Part shown: in pieces, positions 1-10,845 of the stretch
How positions within the stretch are numbered: the first letter of the stretch is position 1
How the letters are laid out: every line of letters starts with the position of its first letter
From: Octopus sinensis
Taxonomy: Eukaryota
NCBI RefSeq assembly: GCF_006345805.1
Contig: NC_043011.1
Location: forward strand, 60,462,464 to 60,526,463
Direction of reading: 5' to 3'
Length of the DNA: 64,000 bases
Notes under the pieces: model-generated
What the model was told of the DNA's origin: nothing
Database searches by the model: none
What the model saw: the letters and a program-made list of their open reading frames with translations, nothing else
Translations under genes and position numbers: made by a program

Positions 1-137
1 ACAACAACAACAACAATAATAATAATAATAATAACATGTGACTGGAGTAGTATGAAAAATAAAATGAATAAAATGAGTAAAATAATATGAAATAAAAATA
101 TTAAACAAACAAACAAAAACAAACAGAAGTCACTGAC

Positions 138-196
138 CTAACTTTGGCACCAACATTGAAGCCTCCCAGGAATTCAAGAGTTTCATCCTCTCTCAC
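138..196 (-). CDS. Candidate internal coding exon (59 nt, phase 0->2), VREDETLEFLGGFNVGAKV; product unidentified
   Basis: Minus strand: branch-point-like CTAAT, T-rich tract and CAG acceptor, then GTCAGT donor; only one of three frames is open. Confidence 0.55.
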
Positions 197-654
197 CTGG
201 TCGAATTTCAAAACAAAAAATAACCAATATTAGCTTTATAGAATATCCAAGACCTTACTAATGTAATTATATATGGAACCTAAATAAAGCTTTCTTATTT
301 GAGGTCTTTCTTGTCATTAGATTTCATTAAAAGGATAAAATTAAAATGAATCCATTATTTATATTAATTTTGAAATTACTATAAATATAACTTCAGTGAA
401 GTTATATATATATATATATTTTTTTTCATTTTTAGAATACTAACAGATTAAATTTTGACAATAGGATTTATGTTTTCACTAATAATTGAAATACAAGTGA
501 TACAAAACAGTAGAAATTTGTCTATACATTATTAAATTGAGATCTAGTTGTCTTTTTAAACAAATCCCTTCTTTGGTAATAAACATATTTGATTTATTGG
601 CTTCATTTTGGTGCCAAAGTTTATCCAGTAGACAGAGCCCAAGTCTTTACTTAC

Positions 655-669
655 TGAGTGGTTTAGACA
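655..669 (-). CDS. Candidate 15-nt microexon (TGTCTAAACCACTCA)
   Basis: Long T/G-rich tract ending in GAG acceptor; perfect GTAAGT donor; length is a multiple of 3. Confidence 0.3.
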
Positions 670-1327
670 CTCAAAAACAACAAAAATAAAAACAAACAAA
701 ATGAGAAAAATGAAGAAAATAAACCCAACATCTTTATCTTCAGTCTAGATTGACACTGCAGTTTCAAAATAAATTATGTTCAGAATACATTAACATATAT
801 GTAAATGTAAAATAAACATCTTCCATCCATGTTTTCTGCAAAAAGAAATATTTATCTGACTAGTAATCCAAGTATCTAAATACTATATGATTTCATATAG
901 TATTTATAATATTTTAAATACATATTAGATATTAGTAGATATATATCGTATTTTTTACATGCAAAGTTTCAGTCTTATTCATGGTACCTTGAGCAAGCTC
1001 TGGGACATCCAAAGCCTTGCAAGTGGATATGGTGGATAGAAGCTGAAAGAAGCTCCTCATGTATATATTTACATATATATATATATACAGGTGTTTGTGC
1101 ATGGGTTTGTGTTTGTGTTCCTGTCTCCTTGTCTTGACATCATGCAACTTTTACAAATAAACACTACCATCCTACAAGTGGCATTTTTCATGTCTCATTT
1201 GTTTTCACAGAAAACATGTCAAATCAGAAGGAAATATTACTTTGTGTTGCAATCTGAAAAGCATTAAGCCATAGAAAATTTTACATCACCTCACACCACG
1301 TAAATAGATATACACATAGAATACAAC

Positions 1328-1513
1328 TTCAATAATAAAATCTTTTGAATAAAATTTAACCAAAAAAGGAAATCCACACAATGCTATATTGGAAATATTA
1401 AGAATAATTCTAGTAAAAGGCAAATTATATCTTACTCCCTCAATATCCCGAATATTCTGTACGCCACAATAACAATGAATGATATTCCCACCACATAAAA
1501 ACAACAAGGCTTT
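1328..1513 (-). pseudogene. ND5: NUMT: mitochondrial NADH dehydrogenase subunit 5 fragment
   Basis: Reads KALLFLCGGNIIH...QNIRDI...NIALCGFPFLVKFYSKDFIIE, matching the ND5 motifs KALLFxCxGxIIH, QDIR and GxPFLxGFYSKD; T/G-rich codons typical of mtDNA. Confidence 0.9.
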
Positions 1514-1651
1514 AAGTATATCCTATCGATGCACTGTGCATACACAGTGCCCCAAGTCGCATCGGGTGTTTGGTGCATGGCGGCGACACGCTCGTGCATC
1601 ATCCGATGCTTCTGCTGACGTTGGGTGGGCACCAGCAATGTCAACTTGTCT

Positions 1652-1771
1652 ATTCCATCCAGTACGAGAGGAACCGTGGGATCAGAGCAATGATTTGCAT
1701 GCTTGTTTGATAGAGTGGTGGTGCCAGGCTGCCTCTGAGTGATAATGGCTGAATGCTTCTAAGCCGGAACC
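1652..1771 (+). rRNA. Large-subunit (28S-like) rRNA fragment containing the sarcin-ricin loop; non-functional copy
   Basis: AGTACGAGAGGAACC at 1661-1675 closed by stem ATTCCATC/GTGGGAT; TCAGA/TCTGA pairing; GATAATGGCTGAATGCTTCTAAGCCGGAACC resembles GATTATGACTGAACGCCTCTAAGTCAGAATCC. Confidence 0.8.
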
Positions 1772-2829
1772 ATTTTCTGCGAAAACATGTCCAATCAGAG
1801 GGAAATATTACCTTATGTTGTAATCTGAAAGGCATTAAGCCATAGAAAATTTTGTTTCGATGAACTTTGTCTGACCCACACAAGCATGGAAAAATAGGCA
1901 TTAAAATTATGCTAAATGAATGAATGAGTATCTTTGAGGAGAAATAATCATTTCTTACATCTAAGCACCATGGTACAATTTATAGAAATGGGAAGAGTTG
2001 ATTGTGTCATCCCCAATAGTTTCCTGAAACTCTAGTTTATTGACCCTGGGGAGATGAAAGGCAAAGATAACCATGGAAAGATTTGAGCCCAGAATGCAAA
2101 CATTACCACTGGAAGAAGCTTCTGCATGGTTATGCCACTTGTTAGTAATAGCAACCAGATTTCCTACAAACTACATCTTATTGTCTTGAAAAAGAAAATA
2201 GACATATTTTATTGTGTCGTCCATGATACACAGTTCTTGAAAATATCACTAGGAGAGTGTGGCTTGAATGTTGGTAATCGATGGACTCCTTAGTCAGGGT
2301 CAAACTGAGGCTGAATAACAACAACATTGGTCAAATATCAGTTTTGTTTTACATAAACAGTTTTTAGAAATGTCATATGTGTGTGTGTGTGAGTGGAGCG
2401 GAGATACATCAACATGTAATTAATAATTAAGAAGTTGAAAATGCATTAATTTTACTGAATTTATACAAATCACTTGAGTTGTTTACACATCCCAAAGATA
2501 TTAGGTATGTAAGAAATAACAAAAGAAGAAATATCAATGATAGATGGTTCTAGAAAGTGTAAAGGTTAGCAACTACAATTTCACAAATGCTGAATGCTCT
2601 GGGAGTTTTGCTGAATTCCTGTTTAACCTTTTCAATATCAACCTGCTTGAAACTATCTTCTAATGAACCTTTCTGTAACCATTATCAAGTAGCTGGAGGG
2701 TTTTAATAAAGCAACAAACTTTTCACTTGGTGGTGTATTAAGCTAATGCTTTGAACATAAATTAACAGTAAATGGTTATTGTATAGAATTATAATGGGGC
2801 ATAAATTTGAATACTAGTCACTATAAAAT

Positions 2830-3135
2830 GGGTATTTCATTATGTATACTGTTTATATTATTCAAATTGGTGATTTCATCTTGGTTGTTACTTTCACTAT
2901 GTTTCGACTGTTCTACACTAAAGCCTTCTTCAGGTGTCTTGTATTGAACTCGGTTGTTGCTTTGGCATTTCGAACCTAACCTTTTCTTTGATCCATGGGG
3001 GGTATATTATCAGGCTCTCAGCATTTGGTGACATTTTTGCTTTAGTTGATTTTTGTGAATTACCTTAGTGCCTTGCCTGGGATTGAACTCAGAACTTCTA
3101 GGTGACTGCACTGCCTTAACCAACATCTTAGCTGT
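2830..3135 (-). mobile_element. tRNA-headed, hammerhead-bearing SINE-like element (family D2)
   Basis: A-box-like TTGGTTAAGGC, B-box GAGTTCAATCCC, then GACAC-CTGAAGA-A-GGCT..AGTC-GAAAC-ATA-GTG; tail resembles family D. Confidence 0.6.
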
Positions 3136-3383
3136 TGAAAAACCAGGGACAGTCTCAGGTGTTTAGTATCAAAAGGGGCTAACGGGTTCAAATTGGAATC
3201 CTTATTTTCTCCTTCTCTCTTTCTGTTACAAGTACAAAATTGATTTTCTGGAATCGTTGGTTCCAAAGCTTCTCTGGATTACTGCTTTTTCTGAACCAGG
3301 AGTGATCACTTTGCTCAACACACTCTAAATTAAATAACTATTAAATTTACTTACACAATTAAATGAACTACAGCTACCTATAC

Positions 3384-3710
3384 ATCATCATCATCATCAT
3401 TGTCTGCTTTCCCTACAGGCATGGGTTGGACGGTTTGACTGAGGATTAGCAAGCTGGGAGGCTGCACCAGGCTCCAATCTGATCTGGCAAGGCTTCTACA
3501 GCTGGATGCTCCTCCTAATACCAACCACTCTGAGAGTGTAGTGGGTGCTTTTTACATGCCACTGGCATGGGAGCCAGTCAGGTGGCACTAGCATCGACCA
3601 CGCTCAAAAGATGCTTTTATGTGCCACTGGCATCGGTCATGCTCAAATGGTGCTTTTTATGTACCACTGGCATGGGTACCAGTCAGGTGGCACTGGCATC
3701 GGCCATGGCT
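3384..3710 (-). mobile_element. RTE 3'-UTR-derived element (family C) with (GAT)n tail and GTGCCACTGGCA subrepeats
   Basis: Same sequence is the 3' UTR of the RTE at 51520-52310; other copies at about 16345-16485, 19095-19175, 36560-36750, 38935-39120, 44330-44495, 44935-45120. Confidence 0.75.
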
Positions 3711-3989
3711 ACAATACATAAATATAAATTATACAAGTTTATTAACAATTTACTGTGGAAGGCACTAGTCTGGTGGCTGCAGGAATTCGAAGTTCCCTCT
3801 TGTAAATTAGTGCAGATTGTAAGAAGTTTTTTAGACTATCATTGTTTGGAAAGTCAGTGTTACCTGTGCTACATGAATATTAGTAAGAAAGTTAGCAACA
3901 AGTTTCAATTAAGTGAAAATTAATCAGTATCCAAAACACTATTTTAATATATTGATGATTCATCCATGAAACCAGTTCCCTGTGATTGC

Positions 3990-4165
3990 TTACTCAATCT
4001 GTAAAATATAGCACCCAAACATCCCTAAAATAACACTTGACTAAAAAAAAAAAAAAGAAAAACATGCAATAATGTAATTTTAGATACACTGTGTCTAACT
4101 AAAAGAAGATATGGTCATACCTGGAGTGCCTTTGCTCAGAAGGTCAAACTAGAAGCTAATTAACA
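3990..4165 (+). repeat. Old interspersed repeat family E (CTAGAAATAGCAGCCAAATCTCCCTCAAAT...GGCTAAACAAC type)
   Basis: Degenerate copies also at about 2130-2325, 13130-13330, 20030-20200, 22090-22290, 24870-25065, 28450-28610, 33060-33250, 37400-37560, 55440-55590, 59660-59990. Confidence 0.6.
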
Positions 4166-4566
4166 TGATGTTAAATGGCTATGATGATGATAAATTAGAA
4201 AGTTTGCTAATTTAATAAATCTTTAAAATTATTGATTATTTTGAAAATTAAAACATGAAGAACAGTGATTTCTTGTTTAAAATATTGAATGCTATACTAA
4301 AAAAGAACACGAAATTCTCTCTTATTATGCAGAAAGAAATCCAATGACAAACATGTTCAAAGAAAAGAAACTTAAATCCTTTAAAATCTCCTGAAATCTC
4401 CATATCTTTAAAGTAATATTTCTTGTAAACAGTAAAATTTCCCTAACATCCAAAACATTGAACCTGTTTAGTAAACTCAAAATAGCTTGAGTTTGTTGTG
4501 AATTTTCTTTCCATCAATAGCAACAGATACATGGAGTGCCTTTGCTCAGAAGGTCAAACTAGGAGC

Positions 4567-4619
<53 letters not shown>

Positions 4620-7600
4620 CGTATTGGGTGTTTGGTCTTTCAGATTCTAAACTATGACAATATTCATGATAGCAATATAGTTCCACATAGTTCAAGTGTA
4701 GAATAACTGCTGCATACTGTGTGCCAGAGGAATAATAATGTATTACAGACACAGAATACAACAAAGAGAAATACTTGCAAAATCTTTGACTTAAAAAAAG
4801 ATGTTGTCTTGCACAGCAACCATATACAAAAATAATAATGTAACAAGATAGATGGAGAGAGAAAATGACAGAGAAAGAAAGGGATAAGAGAAAGAGGGAA
4901 GGTACAATGGTGCAAAAAAAGTGTAAGACTTGAAAAAAATCAGAACCAGCATAATTGAAGAGGGATTTTGAAGAATAATGTTGAGTATGAACTGCAAGGC
5001 AAACATCAAAGTACATGGTAATGGTCAAAATATATGACAAAGATTGAAGGACAAGAGGGAGGCCTTGTACAAAATCGAGATGAGAGAGAGAGAGAGATGA
5101 AAGTATAGCAAAAGTCTAAGTACAAGAGATAGTTCAGAGTAAAAGCAATGTAGTAAATAGTGAAACATCAAAATACCAGTGAGATAGAATGAGCAAAATA
5201 CAAGAGGAATACAAAAGTGCAGAAGAGAGAGTATGAGTTAGAAATCAAAGTACAAATAAAGAAATCAAAGTTGAAATGAAAGATGTTGAGAGGAAGAAAG
5301 TGAGATATTGAGAGTACAAGACAGGTGAGGCTAGAATAATTTATGCCAAATGAAGGAAGGGCACACACTATGACTTTTACAGAACTTCCAAGATGGCTGT
5401 GTAGGGGTGAAGTGGACAGGCTTTGGGCTTCTACACAGTTTGCATCTGCTCAATTTCACTCAAAGGTTTTTGTTGATGCCAAGGTTGCAATAGCAGACAC
5501 CTGCTCAAGGTGTGCAGTAGGGCTTGAAATTGGAACCATAGAGAGTAGAATACAAGAGAATAAAATGTATGTATCTATCAGTGAGATAAAAGAGAAGTAA
5601 AATAAGAGAAAGTAAAAATACGAAGCAATAATAAGTGCATATATTATACATAAATACAATCTAGATAAACAATACCTGCTTGTATATTAACACAGAGATG
5701 ACAAATTATAACTGAAAATGAATAGCACTGCAAAATAGAAAAATGTGGTTAACTTTATTTTTACATCTTGTTTTGAATAATTTAGGAAGCTTTAAAGAAA
5801 CATTGGACGTTATCACTTCTGTTACATTGTATCACCGCTATTAACGAGAATGTAGAATTATTACTGCTACTATCATCACTACCACTACGAGCAACACCTA
5901 TATCACCATATGAAGTGGTATTATATATTTTACACAAGTAATAAGCATTATAGACAGGAATGAAGGAAGAAAGATCTGTCAAACAATAGACAATATTTTA
6001 GCAATTCTCATTTGTATTTGAGCTTGGCCATACAAGCCAATGATAGAACTTTTGTGAAGGTAACCACCCTGCTAAAAAATAGTAACAAAGTTTCCATCAA
6101 ATTACACTGAATTATGATGCAATTCTAGATACACAAGAAAACAAGGGTTTGCTCATGAATGAAATGCCTTTTATCAGAGGACAACTTTGTACTATGATCC
6201 AGCAACATTTTGGCTTTAAATAATTGTGGGAAAAAAGCTGTGGGTTACCGAAGTAAAAAACAAGAACCATTCTACCTTTGATAAATATTGTCCTAAACAA
6301 AGATATTTAACTTCATCTGTATTTGTTTATTCCAAAACACTTTTGGAAGTCATACAGAATCCTAGTATTCTAAAAGGAATTTTAGGTATCTAGAAAAGAA
6401 ACTTTAGTACCAGAATAAAATAATTCCAATGCTTAGTTTTATATCAGTGTAAACACAAGACTATCATTGTTTCAAAAGAGAATTGAAATTTATGTACGAA
6501 TATCAAATACAAACTATTTTTGCTTTTATTGCTAAATTTGTCAGAGACAATTTCATTTATGAATAAAACTTTTCATTTGATGTAAGAGATGGACAGAAAA
6601 GTTGTAGTTTTTCTAGTGAAAACAGAAAAATTTGACTATCTAAATTCTTAGTTATATACTCAGAAGAGAAATAAATATCAGTCAACATTTTCACAGTGGC
6701 TTTATATGAGTGTGTATGTAAGTGTGTCTGTGAGTGTGAAAATTTCCAACATTTTAAATATAAACACAGGATTGAATGATTTAGAAGGCTAATTCAAAGG
6801 ATAGAATTTGAATTAATATCGAGAAGAACATTTTATGATTAATTATGAGAGAGATAATAGAGCATGTAATATAGAAAATGTGTTATTAAGATAATAGCAC
6901 TCAAGCCATCAGTAGACAGAGAAACTGTCATCATGGCTTGCTTGTATACAAAATAGATTAGCTAACAAACTAGATTTGTTTTTATGACACACTACAGCAT
7001 CATTTCACTGATTAATGACAACGATTAATTAGAAAGAATTTACTAATCATGTTAGTAATTGGATAGCTCCACTAGTGTTCATAATAATTATAGCCATAAT
7101 GACAGTAAATTGCATGTTTTTAATTCCATTACTACAAAAGTACTTAGGTGAGAAAGAGGCAACTAGAGCTGCCTCCTCCCTCAAAATAGTTAAAGCCCTC
7201 AACTAGATTTCAATTTAAAATGCAAATAAAAAGATGAGAAATCAGAATGGATTTCATGCTCTGGAACATAGTAAAGCAATGATTCAACTAAAGAAATCGA
7301 GTTATAGTTAAGTAATTATCAGAGTCTATTTTATAAAACTGTTTTTATGTTAATGATAATTACACAAGCTAAGTGAAGATATGAATGCAGCTGGATATTA
7401 TGTAGATAAATATTCTGCTTGCCATGACAGAATCAATGCAAGCATTTGAACGGGGGTGTTTGAATAAAATAGTTCATTTCTAATATGTAAGTGGTGTAGA
7501 TCTCTTCATTACAGGAAAGATATGGGGAGAAAAGCTAATTCAATGCTACTTAATCCACTTCAAATAGTGTGTGCACAAAAGGTGTAATGGAATTTCAAGC

Positions 7601-8324
7601 AAACCAAGAGAGTGAGCATTAAATGCCACGATAAAAATGTCCAAACTTTAAAGATATTATCAGAATTAATTGTTGCTTTCAAATATCAGATAACATTCCT
7701 TATCTCAATTGCTTTCTCGCAGCAGAAAAACTAAAAGGAAAATAGAGATTGAAGCTTCTACAAAATTCAGAAAACCAATTGCAATTTTTTTTCTGTATGT
7801 TTTTTAGCGTAGGAGTTTCTTTCTTACTGTCTATTGTATTTGCCTTCTTGTCTATATTACTGTTTCTCTGCTTAGGCTGTATACTAAACAATATACATAT
7901 TCATTCAAGCTTAAAACTTTAGTTTCAATAAAAACCTATATCAATTTTGCTCAAACTTTGAAGGCTATGGAAATCATTTGTTTGTTTCAAATGAAAATGT
8001 AACACTTTTAAAGCAAAACAAAACTAAGATAAAAAGGTTTTGGTTGGAGAATTTATTTAAATTTTGCTACAGATTTATTAATCAAACATTAACAAAAAAA
8101 GTCAGCTGAATCTGCTTTTTATATTTTAATAGCTTTCTTGTTTATGAATATGTATATAAAAAAAAGACACAACTTATTTATGAATATATATTGTTGAAAA
8201 TTACATATCAGAGAAAAGTCCATTTTGTGGGCTTCATTTATCTCATGGATTTAGAGTTTTCTCTCAGACTGCTCCACTCAACATATGCTGATAAGGCTTT
8301 CACCAAAGCACATCCTATCAAATC

Positions 8325-8550
8325 TAGTGGCACATAGCTTAGTAGCTAGGTTATTAAACTCATGATTATTAGATTGTGGTTTCAATTCCTGGGTGAGGCG
8401 ATGCATTGTGTTCTTGAACAAGACACTTCATTTTATGTTGCTCCAGTCAACTCAGCTGGCAAAAAATGAGTAATCATGTGAAAGACCAGCATCCTGTCCA
8501 GGGGGAAAAACATATGCGCCACAGAAACCAGGAAGCTGGCCCTATGAGTC
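8325..8550 (+). mobile_element. tRNA-derived SINE (family F) with CORE/V-like central segment
   Basis: tRNA-like head, GTGTTCTTGAACAAGACACTT, and GACCAGCATCCTGTCCAGGGG; second copy at about 16806-17025. Confidence 0.6.
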
Positions 8551-8704
8551 TACACAATAAAAAAAAAGCTCAGGATTCACTTGTGTTTCCTACCAACTGC
8601 ATTTTTCTCAGTATATTAATTATCTAGTGTTTCTTCTATTCGTAGATAAGACTACTTGTCATTCCTTTTTCTTTTTATTTCTTAATTTGTCTTATATTTG
8701 TTTA

Positions 8705-9275
8705 AAGGTGGGTGCTGAGCACATGGCTTCCACAGCCCAACTGACACTAGTGTGACGGATGCAGTTAATATTCTTCTTGAACAGCTGCAAGTAAATGGCT
8801 GCAAGAAAAACAAGTGCAAGATGGGGACATCAGAGTGTGGCATTTTTGCAAGGAGGAATTGCAAATATTGTTTCACATATGATCTCAGCATGGTATAAAC
8901 ACAATATATGTGTGAGAAAATATTGAGAAACAAGAGTTCCTGAAAGGAATGTCACAAAAATAGTAGTCAGAGTAGGAGAAAAGGAACCAGTATATATGTT
9001 GGTCAGAGGGTGAAGTGTATATAGTGACTTCATGCTAATTATTTGATGACCTTTCTTTAGATTCAGTCTAGTATATGTAGCAGCAGCACTGTCCAAGATG
9101 TAGGAGCAGTACTCCACTGTCAGTTACAGCTGCCCTTTGTAGAAGGTCAGTGGTTGTTAAAGGCTGAAGTATTTTCTGGCCTTGAAGAAAAAGGCAAATC
9201 TTTGTCAAGTAGCCTTTGGCATGTGGAGCTTATATGTAGGGCAAGAGAGATCCTCAATAATGAAATGGTCAAGCA
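8705..9275 (-). mobile_element. Decayed LINE RT C-terminus (CR1/Jockey-like)
   Basis: Frameshifted FFKARKYFS..LTFYKGQL..VEYCSYILDSAAATYT resembles FRARKYFSP..LLTLYKAQIRPCMEYCSHIW. Confidence 0.75.
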
Positions 9276-9339
9276 TTTATTAGCAGTTTGAAGAGTTCTA
9301 GCTGCAGGTTTAAGTGGGGACACAATATTTGCTTGGTAT

Positions 9340-9730
9340 GTATCATGTCTTTTACTTGTTTCAGTCAATGGACTGTGGCCATGCTGGGGCAATGCCTTGG
9401 AGGGTTTAATTGCAAACAACCCCAGTATTTATTTTTAAGTTTGATACCTAGTCTGTTGGTCTCTTTTGCCAAAATGCTAAGTTACAGAGATGTAAACAAA
9501 CTCTCACCCTTTGTCAAGTGGTGGTGGGGACAAACACAAGCATTACACACATGCACACACACACATGACAGGCTTCCTTCAATCTCCATCCACCAAATCC
9601 ACTGACAAGGCTTTGGTTGGCCTGGGGTCTATAGTGGAAGACACTATGCCAAGGTGCTGTGCAGTAAAACTTGAACCCAAGACCATATGGTTTGGAAGCA
9701 AGCTTTTTAACCACACAACCACAGCTGTAC
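9340..9730 (-). mobile_element. tRNA-derived SINE family A (tail type 1)
   Basis: Head GCTGTGGTTGTGTGGTTAA.. with B-box GGTTCAAG, central (TG)n, tail GACTGAAACAAGTAAAAGA. Confidence 0.8.
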
Positions 9731-10314
9731 CTTTAATTTCTAGATTTCTAGACGTTTTCCATCATGTGCTTTACTTGTCTGACTTCATGTTTTTTTTGCT
9801 TTTCTTCATTTTTCGTGTGTGTGTGCACATGTGTGAGTGTATGTATGTTTTATTGATTTAAAGTGTTTATTGGTAGTGCAAATAAGAGTACTGATTACAA
9901 AAGTTATGAACTATACTACAGAATTTTATTTTAGTTTCTACTTCACAATGCTATTAAATATTTTGTAAACCATAAAAATAATTTAAAGAGTGATAGCAAG
10001 AGAAAATGATAAATTATATATTTTGACCATATCAAATGACTGTTCCATGGTCTGAGAGAAAATATGATTTACAAAACGAATAAAATTTCAGTAAATCTAA
10101 AATACATGTAACAAGTTATAAGGATAATAAAATTCTAATAAGATTGTAATAATATATTTTATGTTTTTCTTTTGCTTTTCAAATTTTTATGAAGAGAGTG
10201 TTACCCACAAGATGTCTTTTGCAGGGCTTGCAGTATAGTGAAGAAAAAGAAGAAACCACAATTCATAAATTGCATCAGTGAGCAATGCTTCAGGATATCT
10301 TCTATAATCTCAAG

Positions 10315-10500
10315 ATACAGTTCTATGTTTAAGAAATGAGGAATTGTGTACATTATTTACATTTAAAGGATAATTTTCCTCATCTTGTTTGTTGTTAACA
10401 GAATGTTTCAGTTGATATACCCTCCAGTCTTCATCAGGTATCTTGGGGAAATTTTGAACCTGGGTTCTCATTCTTAAGGTATTTTTCGATGTTGTTGTTG

Positions 10501-10538
<38 letters not shown>

Positions 10539-10644
10539 TTATTATTATTATTATTCAGGTCACTGCCTGGAATTGAACTTGGAATCTTGGGGTTAGTAGC
10601 CTGTGCTCTTAACCACTATGCCTGAATTCGATTCCAGGCAGTCA

Positions 10645-10691
<47 letters not shown>

Positions 10692-10845
10692 GTAATAATC
10701 ATAACATTGAAAAATACCTTAGGAATGAGAACCCAGGTTTGAAACTTCCCCAAGACACCTGATGAAGGCTGGTGGATATATCAGCTGAAACATTGTGTTA
10801 ACAACAAACACGATGAGGACAAATATCTGTCAAATGTAAATAATG
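10315..10845. mobile_element. Head-to-head inverted pair of tRNA-(AAT)n-hammerhead elements (family D) with 10-bp TSD
   Basis: Minus copy about 10315-10623 with A/B boxes; plus copy about 10627-10845 truncated at the B box; TAATCTCAAG at 10305-10314 and 10846-10855. Confidence 0.85.
10753..10799 (+). ncRNA. Minimal type I hammerhead ribozyme motif (CpG-decayed copy)
   Basis: AGACAC-CTGATGA-A-GGCTG-(10 nt)-CAGCT-GAAA-CATT-GTGTT: catalytic core, stem II and stem I all present. Confidence 0.75.

Larger units (their letters stand above)
960..1905 (+). mobile_element. tRNA-derived SINE (family A, tail type 2) split by a chimeric insertion
   Basis: Matches other family A copies (e.g. 14895-15480, 42698-43075, 51035-51470); segment 1210-1282 is repeated at 1781-1853. 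Confidence 0.7.

Noticed and set aside
2560-2830. Possible Penelope RT remnant (IKTLQLLDNGY) downstream of the D2 hammerhead
   Set aside because: Only one short motif with many stops; insufficient without a search.
4121-4558. Apparent duplicated 28-nt microexons (FDLLSKGTP) at 4121-4148 and 4531-4558 with AG/GT
   Set aside because: The first copy lies within the tail of a family E repeat (ATGGTCAT..GGAGTGCCTTTG..), so a short duplication of repeat sequence is the simpler explanation.
4570-5040. 156-aa hydrophobic minus-strand ORF
   Set aside because: Low-complexity pyrimidine-rich strand ending in (TA)n; no domain motif.
10560-10625. tRNA gene-like sequences at SINE heads
   Set aside because: A/B boxes only, no complete cloverleaf or poly-T terminator; they are retroposon heads.
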